Assembly: GCF_001194135.2 (NCBI RefSeq)
Contig: NC_068996.1
Span: 43,980,406 to 44,044,405 of the forward strand
Source of the DNA: Octopus bimaculoides
Taxonomy: Eukaryota
Reading direction: 5' to 3'
DNA length: 64,000 nucleotides
Positions 50,332 to 62,650 of this stretch are shown here, in pieces; position 1 is the first letter of the stretch, and every line of letters begins with the position of its first letter. The translations under genes were made by a program, and so were the position numbers. The notes below the pieces were generated by a model. The model saw nothing but the letters and a program-made list of their open reading frames with translations, was not told the DNA's origin and searched no databases.

Positions 50332-50385
50332 AAACGCCAGTCAGTAGTTGCAAAGAAGTCTCCTTTGCCACTTAGTCCTTACCAG
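50332..50385 (+). CDS. SCG5: 7B2 coding exon 4: 54-nt exon encoding the VVAKK inhibitor motif
   Basis: Acceptor TTTCAG|AAA, donor CAG|GTAATT, phase 0/0, in frame with the previous exon. Encodes KRQSVVAKKSPLPLSPYQ; VVAKK is the hallmark PC2-inhibitory motif of the 7B2 CT peptide. Confidence 0.9.
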
Positions 50386-50529
50386 GTAATTAAAAATTTT
50401 GATTTAATTATGTTTCATAACACCATTCGCATTCAAATGCTATAATTATTCTTACATTCTTTCAAAAGCTTCGAATATCTTGACAACCTAGATACATTTT
50501 CAAGTCCACAATTCATTCTTGTATGAAAT

Positions 50530-51010
50530 ACTGTTGTAATATTTGGGCAGGTGCACCATCTTGTCACTTGGATCTCCTTGATAAAGTTCAGAAGTAAATC
50601 CCTAATTGGATTGACCCCTCTATTACTTCAACTCTGCAACCCTTCTCACATCAGTGTGACATCGCCAGACTTAGTCTTTTCTATTGTTATTGCCACAAGA
50701 AGTGCTCTCCTAGCTCCAGATCATTTTGTGCCATCTTGCCTGACTTGAAACTCACAGCATCTCCATCCAAATGCTGTTGTGCTTCCATGAATCAGGAAAC
50801 CTTTCTACAGTCATAGCTTTTTTCCTCTTGAATTGCCAGACTTTGGAACTGTCTTTCACTTCTTTCTTTTCTTCCTTCTTTTCTTCCTTCTTATGACCTC
50901 AGCTCTTTCAAGTATAAAGCAGATTCATCCTCTCATTTTAATTTCTCTTTCTTCATATTCCCTTACACTAAGTGGTTTCTCTTCTTGCTTGGGGCTTCAT
51001 TATAGAAGAA
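50530..51010 (+). mobile_element. CR1/L2-group LINE 3' fragment (decayed)
   Basis: Translates across stops to HLDLLDKVQK...TLQPFSHQCDIARLSLFYCY...IARLWNCL...YDLSSFK, matching the post-RT C-terminus of CR1-group LINEs. Confidence 0.6.
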
Positions 51011-51212
51011 AAAAATGTAAGCTGTGATGCACTCCAGTAAGAAAATGCATGAAAACAAGCATGCATACAGACATATTTATGTATATGCATATGTTCACAT
51101 ACATACATAACAAAAACATGCACATATACATATATATACACAGACATTCAATGACGAAAAAAATAACTCTCGCATAAAGATAGTGAAAAATATCTTCAGA
51201 ATACATTACTAT

Positions 51213-51387
51213 TTACTCTTTTACTTGTTTCAGTCATTTTGACTAACCATGCTGGAGCACCGCCTTTAGTCAACAAAGAACTTATTCTTTGGAAGCCTAG
51301 TACTTATTCTATCAGTCTCTTTTGCCGAACTGCTAAGTTACGGGGATGTAAACACACCAACATCGGTTGTCGAGTGATGGTAGGGGA

Positions 51388-51427
<40 letters not shown>

Positions 51428-51782
51428 AATTCTGGATGAACTTTTGTTTACCTTCACTTGTACCTATTATTCAATTGCAACAGTAAGCATTTGGATATAA
51501 ATAAGTATCCTTCCAGTAGTATATTGGATATTTATTATCCCTTAGATGGTTGTCTAACCTCTAACTCATATATATGTATATATATAACACACCGCCATCG
51601 GTTGTCAAGTAATGTTAGGAGAACAAACACAAACATATACACATACATACATATATGTATATACATATATACAACGGGCTTCTTTCAGTTTCCATCTACC
51701 AAATCCACTCACAAGGCTATAGTAGAAGACACTTGCCCAAAGACCCATGCAAGCTACTTACCACACAGCCACTCCTGCGCCT
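51213..51782 (-). mobile_element. SINE family B pieces (two overlapping or interrupted copies)
   Basis: Tail-to-microsatellite segment at 51213-51425 and a second segment at 51590-51782, both reverse complement. Confidence 0.7.
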
Positions 51783-52293
51783 ATGAAAGAATATAATGAA
51801 TTAGAAATTATGTGCTTAACCACGTGCTAGGAGCTATATAGTAAATAGATGTGAATGAACCTCCGTGTGTGTGTGTATGTGTGTGTGTGTGATGACTGTT
51901 GATTATTTACCAAGAATGACCAACCCTTGCCCTAAGATTACTGGTGTGACACCTCCCTCACCGTAGTCTCCCATTACAATGAAGACACATCGCAGTATGG
52001 TGAAACCAAGACACCACTTCCAAAACACTGACAGCACTCCAACTAAGGTTGTTCTAAACAATACAGCAATTTTTGTGCCCTTGTTAGTAAAGAAACAAAG
52101 AAACATACCTGTGACACTCCATTTGCACAATGAAATGGGAAGTCCAATATCTGTTTGTGGCTCCCAGATGCAGCCTAAACTACTTCCACTTGTGCTGGGG
52201 GGAGGGGAGAAGATAGGTACAAAAAAGTACCTACACAACAAATTTTCTTTATGGTGACAAATGCTTGTATGGCTTCTGTACAATTCTCTAAAT

Positions 52294-52559
52294 CAGTGCT
52301 CCACAACCAGTATGCTGCGACACACTAGTGTGCTACAAGATGGTGTTAGGTGTGCCACAGTGTAACCTGAATATAATTTCTTTCCCTATACATAGTCACA
52401 GGAGTGGGTGTGTGGTAAGTAGCTTGCTTACCAACCACATGGTTCCGGGTTCAGTCCCACTGCGTGGCACCTTGGGCAAGTGTCTTCTACTATAGCCTCG
52501 GGCCAACCAAAGCCTTGTGAGTGGATTTGGTAGACGGAAACTGAAAGAAGCCTGTTGTA

Positions 52560-52592
<33 letters not shown>

Positions 52593-53217
52593 NNNNNNNN
52601 NNNNNNNNNNNNNNNNNNNNNNNNNNNNNNNNNNNNNNNNNNNNNNNNNNNNNNNNNNNNNNNNNNNNNNNNNNNNNNNNNNNNNNNNNNNNNNNNNNNN
52701 NNNNNNNNNNNNNNNNNNNNNNNNNNNNNNNNNNNNNNNNNNNNNNNNNNNNNNNNNNNNNNNNNNNNNNNNNNNNNNNNNNNNNNNNNNNNNNNNNNNN
52801 NNNNNNNNNNNNNNNNNNNNNNNNNNNNNNNNNNNNNNNNNNNNNNNNNNNNNNNNNNNNNNNNNNNNNNNNNNNNATGTATATTTGTGTGTGTGTGTCT
52901 GTGTGTGTGTGTGTTTGTGTGTCTGTGTTTGTCCCCCCAACATCACTTGACAACCGATGGTGGTGTGTTTACGTCCCCGTAACTTAGCAGTTCGGCAAAG
53001 GAGTCCGATAGAATAAGTACTAGGCTTACGAAGAATAAGTCCTGGAGTCGATTTACTTGACTAAAGGTGGTGCTCCAGCATGGCCGCAGTCAAATGACTG
53101 AAACAAGTAAAAGAGTAAAAGAGTATACTTTTAGTTATATTTTTAGTTCGGGTGTGCAGCCAAATTTTGAAAAGAATATAAGTGTACCTCAAGTGAAAAA
53201 AGGGTTGCAGAGCACTT
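52294..53217. mobile_element. hAT (Charlie-like) MITE containing a nested SINE B
   Basis: Imperfect TIRs CAGTGCTCCACAACC / GGTTGCAGAGCACTT and exact 8-bp TSD CTCTAAAT (52286-52293, 53218-53225). SINE B occupies about 52400-53122. Confidence 0.8.
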
Positions 53218-53349
53218 CTCTAAATGATGTTGTAAGCCATTAACTTGGCAACGAGCAAAAGTAGGCAAAATAACCAGACACTAAAGCTTCATTGGTTTCA
53301 TGTGAGAATTTTTTCCTCCCATGTAGACTTACAAACATATACATGGACA

Positions 53350-53520
53350 CACTAGTGTAGCTAGAGTGTGTGCTGCCTGAGGTGGCCCTTCTGTTTTCTG
53401 CCCCCCCCCCCAGACCCCACAAAAAACATATATTGCCTACAGCTATAGCCTACAACAGGATGAAAAGTGCCACCGCGGTGGACCACCACTACAGCCTCTC
53501 TTCCCCTAGCTATGGTAGTG
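53350..53520. mobile_element. hAT-type MITE
   Basis: TIRs CACTAGTGTAGCTAG / CTAGCTATGGTAGTG with exact 8-bp TSD CATGGACA (53342-53349, 53521-53528). Confidence 0.8.
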
Positions 53521-53689
53521 CATGGACACACTCATATACATATGCATAATTTTTTAAAGTTCTGATTAAGCTATAAAATGATACATGAGAACTCAGCTAT
53601 GAGTTCATTGCTGCATCATAGAGAAGAAACAGTTGTAAGCTTATGAAGTTCATTTCATAATTCTTGTTCCATTGTCATTTATTTAATTT

Positions 53690-54012
53690 GGTGTGTCTTC
53701 AACTATAGCCTCGGGTCGACCAAAGCCTTGTGAGTGGATTTGGTAGACGGAAACTGAAAGAAGCCTGTCGTATGTATGTATATATATATATATATGTGTG
53801 TGTGTATGTTTGTGTGTTTGTGTTTGTCCCCCTAGCATTGCTTGACAACCGATGCTGGTGTGTTTATGTCCCCGTCACTTAGCGGTTCGGCAAAAGAGAC
53901 TGATAGAATAAGTACTAGGCTTACAAAGAATAAGTCCTGGGATCGATTTTCTCGCCTAAAAGGCGGTGCTCCAGCATGGCCGCAGTCAAATGACTGAAAC
54001 AAGTAAAAGAGA
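53690..54012 (+). mobile_element. SINE, family B, 5'-truncated
   Basis: From GTGTCTTC.ACTATAGCCTCGGG to TGAAACAAGTAAAAGAG. Confidence 0.85.
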
Positions 54013-54173
54013 GTATATATATATATATGTATGTATATATATATGTATGTGCATATATATGTGTATGTGTGTGTGTGTGTGTATCTGACACATCTGTTGT
54101 TTTTGAACTGTCCTACTCATGTCAGCATAGAGAAAGATGATAATGTTGATACACTCACACCCCCCCACACAAT

Positions 54174-54208
<35 letters not shown>

Positions 54209-55045
54209 ACACACACACTTTGAAAGGATTGTCCCGGTATTTTTTTGTTCGGCAGGGAACTAGAACACTACAGGAGAGCTCAGCTGATGAGCAGATGTGA
54301 ATGTAGTGTCTTAAATTATGGACAAAGAAAAAAATCTCTGGGAACTGCAGGCAACACTTACAGTTCCTGTATCCTGGTTATAGATTCATATTTTTTGTTC
54401 TTTACCTATTATTATAGGTGGGGCTATTTCACAATAGATATATATATATATTAAAACCTGGAAACGACGGGTTTTCCCACAAATAAAGGACAAAGAACCT
54501 GATTCATATCCTTAAAGCTCAATGAATTTGCAGTGTAACGAACATTTGTAAAACAAGTGTGGTAAGAAGTTTGCTTCATAACTGTATGTCCCACCATACA
54601 ACATCTTTGATATGTGTATTCTACTATAGCTTTGTGCGTTGATTTAGTACATGGAAACTGAAAGAAGCCCATCGTATGTGTATCATCATCATCATCATCA
54701 TCATCATCATCGTCCTCATCGTTTAATGTCCGTTTTCCATGCTAGCATGAGTTGGATGATTTGACTGGGGACTGGCAAGCCAGGGGCTGCACCAGGCTCC
54801 AATCTGATCTGGCAATGTTTCTACAGCTTGATGCCCTTCATAATACCAAACCACTCCGAAAGTGTAGTGGGTGCTTTTTATGTGCCACCGGCATGGGAGC
54901 CAATCAGGCGGCACTGGTATCGGCCACGTTCGAATGGTGCTTTTTATGTGCTACCGGCACAAGAGCCAGTTGGGCTGGAGTTGCTGGCATTGATGTATTT
55001 ATATGTGTGAGTGTGTGTGAGGTGTATGTGTGTGTGTGAGTGTGT

Positions 55046-55098
<53 letters not shown>

Positions 55099-55427
55099 CG
55101 CACACTTTTATATTAACACTTGTTTCTTTCCAGCACTTGATAATCCTTGTTAGTATGTTCACGTCCCTGTAACTTAGTAGTTTGGTAAAAGAGAGTAATA
55201 GGATAAATACCAGACTTTCAAAAAAAGTCCTCCTGGGGTCAATTTGTTTCACTACCCTCTTCAAGGCAGGGCCCGAACATGACACAGTCCAATGACTGAA
55301 ACAAGTAAAAGATTCCAAAGATTCTACATTTTAGTCATCCTATATTTGTGCATGTGCATGCATGCACATGCACACACACACACACACACACACAAAAGAC
55401 AAGTGCACACATGTGTACTAAAGAAAT

Positions 55428-55820
55428 TGTTGTTGTTGTTGGCACTCTGTCGCTTACGATGTCAAGGGTTCCAGTTGATTCGATCAACAGAACAGCCTGC
55501 TCGTGAAATTAACGTGCAAGTGGCTGAGCACTCCACAGACACGTGTACCCTTAATGTAGTTCTCGCGGATATTCAGCGTGACACAGTGTGAGACAAGGCT
55601 GACCCTTTGAATTACAGGCACAACAGAAACAGGGAGAAAGAGTAAGGGAAAGTTGTGGTGGAAGAGTACAGCAGGGTTCGCCACCATCCCCTGCCGGAGC
55701 CTCATGGAGCTTCAGGTGCTTTCGCTCAATAAACACTCACAACGCCCGGTCTGGGAATCGAAACCGCGATTCTATGACCGCGAGTCCGCTGCCCTAACCA
55801 CTGGGCCATTGCGCCTCCAC
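55428..55820 (-). mobile_element. tRNA-derived SINE, family E variant, full length
   Basis: Minus-strand head GGAGGCGCAATGGCCCAGTGGTTAGGG...GGTTTCGATTCCC; tail shared with 7541-7852, ending in (AAC)n. Confidence 0.85.
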
Positions 55821-55998
55821 ACTAAAGAAATATGTACACAAATTTTTATGGGTACGAGCATATTCTCTTAAATACAAATATTTACTAAATAATCACGCAC
55901 GCACACATCCATACACACATATTTACAAACATACATTTTCATGATAACCACACATGAACTGGTACAATTACCCACGCACAAACACACAGACAGACAAA

Positions 55999-56051
55999 TT
56001 CCATGCATGTGAGGAATTAGACACAAGGTCTAATTCCTCACATGCTTGGAA
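55999..56051. other. Isolated hairpin: 24-bp stem (1 mismatch), 5-nt loop
   Basis: TTCCATGCATGTGAGGAATTAGAC-ACAAG-GTCTAATTCCTCACATGCTTGGAA. Confidence 0.85.
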
Positions 56052-56357
56052 CTCTTATCACTTTGTTAGCGACATGCTGAAATTCCACGATAAAGAATTC
56101 TGGTAATTTCAAGGTAAGTATACATACATATATAAACCATTAAAATTCAAAGAATGAATAAATAATTTCTCTTTAATAGCTTTACTTTAAATTCCTTACA
56201 CTGAGCAGGTGAATGGTCAAAGACATTAAAACTTGAACTATACACTCATATAATATATATGCATATACATGTATATATATACATGTATATATATATCATC
56301 ATCATCATCAACGATGATGATGATGATGATGATGATGATATATGTATATGTATAAGC

Positions 56358-56832
56358 AGGAGTGGCTGTGTGGTAAGTAGCTTGCTTACCAACAACATGG
56401 ATCCAGGTTCATTCCCACTGCATAGCACCTTGGGCAAGTGTCTTCTATAGCTTCAGGCCAACCAAAGCCTTGTAAGTGGATTTGGTAGACGGAAACTGAA
56501 AGAAGCCCGTGATATATATGTATATATATGTGTGTGTGTGTGTGTACGTGTTTGTGTGTCTGTGTTTGTCCCCCCAACATCGCTTGACAACCGATGGTGG
56601 TGTGTTTATGTCCCCGTAACTTAGTGGTTCAGCAAAAGAAACGATAGAATAAGTGCTAGGCTTACAAAGAATAAGTCCTGGGNNNNNNNNNNGTGGTTCA
56701 GCAAAAGAAACGATAGAATAAGTGCTAGGCTTACAAAGAATAAGTCCTGGGGTTGATTTGCTCGACTAAAGGCGGTGCTCCAGCATGGCCGCAGTCAAAT
56801 GACTGAAACAAGTAAAAGAGTAAGAGTAAAAG
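56358..56832 (+). mobile_element. SINE, family B (with assembly-duplicated segment across a 10-N gap)
   Basis: Full head to tail; about 59 bp are repeated identically on both sides of the gap at 56683-56692. Confidence 0.85.
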
Positions 56833-56874
56833 AGTATATCCACATACACACATACACACACACACACATACAAG

Positions 56875-56906
<32 letters not shown>

Positions 56907-57269
56907 CACGCACACACATGCATATATAAATTTACAAATTCTTATGTCATAAACCACCATTGTTCTTGAACGTTGTTTTGTATACCTTCTATGGACTGCT
57001 CAAAGCCTACTAAGTTCCTACACCTTGATCCTTGGATCTTAGCTTTACATATAATTTTACACACACGCACACACACACACACACATATATGACGGGCTTC
57101 TTTCAGTTTCCATCTACCAAATCCACTCACAAGAGTTTGTTTGGCCCGAGGCTATAGTAGAAGATACTTGCCCCAGGTGGTACACAGTAGGACTGAACCC
57201 AGAATCATGTGGCTGGTAAGCAAACTACTTACCACACAGCCACTCCTGTCTCTCTCTCTCTCTCTCTCT

Positions 57270-57303
<34 letters not shown>

Positions 57304-58217
57304 NNNNNNNNNNNNNNNNNNNNNNNNNNNNNNNNNNNNNNNNNNNNNNNNNNNNNNNNNNNNNNNNNNNNNNNNNNNNNNNNNNNNNNNNNNNNNNNNN
57401 NNNNNNNNNNNNNNNNNNNNNNNNNNNNNNNNNNNNNNNNNNNNNNNNNNNNNNNNNNNNNNNNNNNNNNNNNNNNNNNNNNNNNNNNNNNNNNNNNNNN
57501 NNNNNNNNNNNNNNNNNNNNNNNNNNNNNNNNNNNNNNNNNNNNNNNNNNNNNNNNNNNNNNNNNNNNNNNNNNNNNNNNNNNNNNNNNNNNNNNNNNNN
57601 NNNNNNNNNNNNNNNNNNNNNNNNNNNNNNNNNNNNNNNNNNNNNNNNNNNNNNNNNNNNNNNNNNNNNNNNNNNNNNNNNNNNNNNNNNNNNNNNNNNN
57701 NNNNNNNNNNNNNNNNNNNNNNNNNNNNNNNNNNNNNNNNNNNNNNNNNNNNNNNNNNNNNNNNNNNNNNNNNNNNNNNNNNNNNNNNNNNNNNNNNNNN
57801 NNNNNNNNNNNNNNNNNNNNNNNNNNNNNNNNNNNNNTTACTATTCAGTGACACTTCTTCTACTCCTCTTGCTGGGGTGAGAGTAATAGAGACGGTAAGA
57901 GTGGTAGTAGATTGACAGTCGAGATGGTCATGGGCTGATAGTAATAGTATGAGCTGTAGTTGTGATAGAGGCAGAAGCAATGGTGATGATGGTGGTGGTG
58001 GTGGTGGTGGTGGTGGTGGCGATGGTAGCTGAGGTGGTCAAGCATGACAGTGATAGTAAGGGATGTGAAAGACAGTGGTGATGGTGGTGGAGGGGAAGGC
58101 CGGCGAAGTCAAAGGTGTTGATGGTGGTGGTGTGAGAAATGCTGAATGGTGTATGCATGGCAGTTGTGGTGGCAATGGTGGTGGTATGGTTGATGGTGAT
58201 GGTTGAAAACAATCAAC

Positions 58218-58260
<43 letters not shown>

Positions 58261-58533
58261 AAGAGGTTAGACAGAAAAAGAATATTGTACTGACCCCCAC
58301 CCGAATGGGAAGACAAAAACTGTTGTTTATCATGAAGCTTTGCAAATAAGTTCCAAGTTGACAAATTATATCATTGCTTTGAAGAAAATTGTTCATTGCT
58401 TGAAAAATATTGGTCAAGTTTAATAAAATTTAATATGCACTCAGTGCATGAAGTGTGATTGTTGGACTCAAGGCCCAATGAAGAGCCCCCCACAAGAGCT
58501 AGTATATACATACATACATAGATACATACAGAC

Positions 58534-58604
<71 letters not shown>

Positions 58605-58711
58605 TANNNNNNNNNNATAGATATACAGTTGAAACACTTCTGTCACGTGGGACCTTGAAGACTGCTAGAAAGCAAGAAAGTATACTAGTCCTTATATATT
58701 TAATATTCAAT

Positions 58712-58862
58712 ATTTCATATATTCAATAAGACATTCAATACTTCATTTCATTGTACCATCCATTTTTATATTATATATTATATATTCCATATTCTACATC
58801 CCACATTAATTTTATAAGAATATAAATAAAACATAAAAAACAGACAGAGTTGGAACTCTTTT
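58712..58862 (-). repeat. ~150-bp dispersed repeat, inverted partner of 47875-48023
   Basis: Reverse complement aligns with 47875-48023. Confidence 0.9.
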
Positions 58863-59954
58863 GAATAATACACACACACACGCACATATTCATGTATCCA
58901 TACATATATTTACTTATATGTACATACATGTACACAGTCATATATATACATACATGCATCCAACCATATATCTATCCTCATTGTTATTTAACATTTGCTG
59001 TCAATGCTGGCATGGGTTGGATGATTTGACATTGAGCTGGAAGACTGCATCATATGCCAATGTCCGTTCTGTCTTGGTTTTTATAATTGGATGTGCTTCC
59101 TAATGCCAACCACTTCACAGAATGTCCAAGGTGTTTTTGTCATGACACCAGCACTACTGAGATCAGAAAGTAACTTGCAAGATGACTAATACCAGTGGAC
59201 AGAATTGGTTTGTAGTAAAGAGTGAGGTGGCGTTTTTAATGCCAGGTGTTGTGAGGCTAATGTTTGATAGAGGGAGAGTCATGGGTATGTCGCTGTTGAG
59301 GAGATACATTATGTAAGGGTGGGAGTAACTAGAAAGAAGACAATGATGGTGGGTACAGAATGTCTGAATAAACTCTCAAGATATGAAAAAGCAAGTGCAA
59401 GAGAGAATGCAGACAAAGAATCAGGTATTGTGTTGAGATAAATTCCTCAGAGTGTGAGAAGAAAATGGCAGATGGTAAGAGATGAGTGTAAAGGTGAATA
59501 TAGTGAATAGAACAAAGGTAGAGGTATGGTAGATGGTAAAATCAGTATAGCGGCAGGAAAGGTGAAAGAAATAGAAGTTGCTCAGGAAAGAGCAGATAAG
59601 TTGTACAGAGAAAGTGGAGAGCAACAGTATAATAAACTTGTAGATACATCAGAAAATAGGGAGATGATGTGAGGAATGGGAGAATGGGGTGTGAGAAAGT
59701 GAGAGAGAAAGAGAGATGTACAGTGATAGAGATGGATGTCACAGGTATGTAAGGATGGCTATTGTGCTCAATTGCATATGAAGTACCGAAATAAGATTGA
59801 AACCAATCCAGTTGATCTTTCTTTTTTGATTGAAAGATAACTGTTTGCAAATATACTTAAATTAGCCTTATATATACACCTAGTATTGGCAAAAGTCTTA
59901 AATATATTCTAATTTTCCTTGATCACAAAACATTTTATCCAGTATAGGCACAGA

Positions 59955-60115
59955 AGTGGCTGTGTGGTAAGTAGCTTGCTTACCAACCACATGGTCCTGG
60001 GTTCAGTCCCATTGCATGGCACCTTCAGCAAGTGTCTTCTACTATAGCCTCGGGCTGACCAAAGCCTTGTGAGTGGATTTAGTAGATGGAAACTGGAAGA
60101 AGCCCATTGTATATG

Positions 60116-60174
<59 letters not shown>

Positions 60175-60475
60175 NNNNNNNNNNNNNNNNNNNNNNNNNN
60201 NNNNNNNNNNNNNNNNNNNNNNNNNNNNNNNNNNNNNNNNNNNNNNNNNNNNNNNNNNNNNNNNNNNNNNNNNNNNCTGTTTGTCCACCCAACATCGCTT
60301 GACAACTGATGCTGGTGTGTTTACATCCCCATAACTTAGTGGTTCGGCAAAAGAGACCAATAGAATAAGTACTAGGCTTACAAAGAATAAGCTCTGGGAT
60401 CGATTTACTCAACTATAAAGGCAGTGCTGCAGCATGGCCACAGTCAAATGGCTGAAACAAGTAAAAGAGTAAAAG
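59955..60475 (+). mobile_element. SINE, family B
   Basis: Head, CORE-like segment, (TG)n with gap, and tail all present. Confidence 0.85.
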
Positions 60476-61103
60476 TGTACTTTAATGATTCAACAAATCT
60501 ATATTCCTGGATTGGTACTTTAGTTTTTTAACCCCAGATGGATGAAGAGTAAAATTGATCTCAGTAGAATTTGAACATGAAACATAAAAAAAAGGTAGTA
60601 TAAATACTGCAAGACATTTTGACCAATACTCCAATAATCCTGGGACAAGTCATTTGTTTTATCAGTCCCAGAAGGACAAAATGTAGAATCTCAACACAGA
60701 ATGTAAAGTTGCCATTACGGATACTGCAAAGCATTTTATCTGACACTCTAATAATTCTATCAAACCACAACATGAGACTGGTATGTTAATTTATTGACAT
60801 TAGAAAGACCTTGACAAAATTTGAACGCAGACCATAAAGAACTGGAACAAATACCATTTTGTCTGGTACACTAATAATTCTGTAATTTGTCACCTTAAAT
60901 TCAAGTTGTTAATGGAGCTGCAAGATATATTAAACATTCCAGCAGTTGTGCTTATAGTATGTGCACGAACACATATATAGACTTACAATAATACAATGTA
61001 GTAACATTTTGTGATTCTCTAATGCCAACCTTTGTCTCAGTCAGTTTAGATGTGGTACTGTTCCTATATATGAATAACACCATAGATATATTTGCAAAAC
61101 ATA

Positions 61104-61334
61104 TGAAGAGGTGCTGAAAAGTTCCTGAATTTAAGGGTATCGTGAAAGGCCTGTCTGGGCCTTTCATAACACCGCTAAAACTAGGAACTTTCTTTTAAAG
61201 GGCTTAGAAAGACCAAAGGACTGTTCCAATAAGTTTGTGTATCTGAAAGGGGAATATGTTAAATAAAATCATAATTAACTGATCCTTCTGTATTTTCTTT
61301 TACCCAAAGCCAAGAACTTTTCAGCACTTCCTTG
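61104..61334. mobile_element. Tc1/mariner-type MITE
   Basis: TIRs TGAAGAGGTGCTGAAAAGTTCCTG / CAAGAACTTTTCAGCACTTCCTTG flanked by TA (61102-61103, 61335-61336). Confidence 0.75.
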
Positions 61335-61349
61335 TATACATGCAGATAC

Positions 61350-61383
<34 letters not shown>

Positions 61384-62172
61384 CCAAACATACTTACATT
61401 CATGCATGTATCCATGACTACCTAGGTGATGTCTGATGTCTAAATTCTAATGGAAAAGCTTGGTTTGTGGGTTGAGAACCAACTTTTCTCTGTTGAAGAG
61501 GACCTTGATATATAAACCAGGTAAATATACATACTTGTGTGTGTGTGTGTGTGTGTGTGTGCACATGCATATGTTCGTGTGTGTGTGCATGTGTGTACAT
61601 TTATGTATATATGCATTTGTGTATTGTGTATATACACATGTGGCTAAAATTTGCCCTGTTTATAATTATGCCATATGTTACATATTTATTATATCATACC
61701 TTGATACTGTGTGGACTAAGATCCCTGATGAAAGGCCACTGGTATTTATAGTGTTAAACACTTTTGGTATGCAAATTAGGGACTCCTTCATAGCGTAACT
61801 GCTGCATTTGTTGAGTATATAAACAGTGGGGCTGCTTGTTTCTCTGAGGAAAAACTAATGAAATATGTAAACAACAAGAAAAAAAAAATGGAAAACAGCT
61901 GTAACTAAACTTAGTTGTAACTAGGCTTACAAAGAATATGTACTGGGGTCAATTTCTTCAACTAAAAAAGTTTAAGGTTGTCCTCCAGCATGGCTGCTGT
62001 CAAATGACTAAAACAAGTAATAGAATAATAGAATATATAGACATATCTACATGCAAACATGTACATCCTAAACATCATCCCACAGAAATGCATACACAGT
62101 ATATACATGCAAATATATACATAAATTTTTGCATATGACTTTATTTTATAAATATTCATATATATATGATGC

Positions 62173-62575
62173 AGGAGTGGCTGCGTGGTAAGTAACTTGC
62201 TTACCAATCACATGGTTCCAGGTTCGTCCCACTGTGTGGCACCTTGGGCAAGTGTCTTCTACTATAGTCTCGGGCCTTGTGAGTGGATTTGGTAGATGGA
62301 AACTGAAAGAAGCATGTTGTATATATGTATGTTTATATATGTATGTGTGTGTATATGTTTGTGTATATGTTTGTGTATCTGTGTTTGTCCCCCCAACGTC
62401 GCTTGAAAACCGATACTGGTGTGTTTACGTCCCCGTAATTTAGTGGTTTGGCAAAAGAGACCGATAGAATAAGTACTAGGCTTCCAAAGAATAAGTTGAT
62501 TTGCTTATAGGTTGATTTGCTCAACTAAAGGTGGTGCTCCAGCATGGCCGCAGTCAAATGACTGAAACAAGTAAA
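62173..62575 (+). mobile_element. SINE, family B
   Basis: GCAGGAGTGGCTGCGTGGTAAG...TGACTGAAACAAGTAAA. Confidence 0.85.
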
Positions 62576-62587
62576 GTGTAAGTGTAT

Positions 62588-62650
<63 letters not shown>

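Noticed and set aside
51903-52283. ORFs on both strands beside the hAT MITE (PISVCGSQMQPKLLPL faintly like a hAT N-terminus)
   Set aside because: Similarity too weak, and the segment lies outside the TSD-defined element; left unassigned.
56625-56752. Exact ~59-bp direct duplication
   Set aside because: It straddles a 10-N placeholder gap, so it is an unmerged contig overlap rather than a biological duplication.
57850-59760. GGT-rich and GA-rich stretches giving His/Thr- or Leu/Phe-rich ORFs
   Set aside because: Low-complexity intronic DNA; no RT or other domain could be read.
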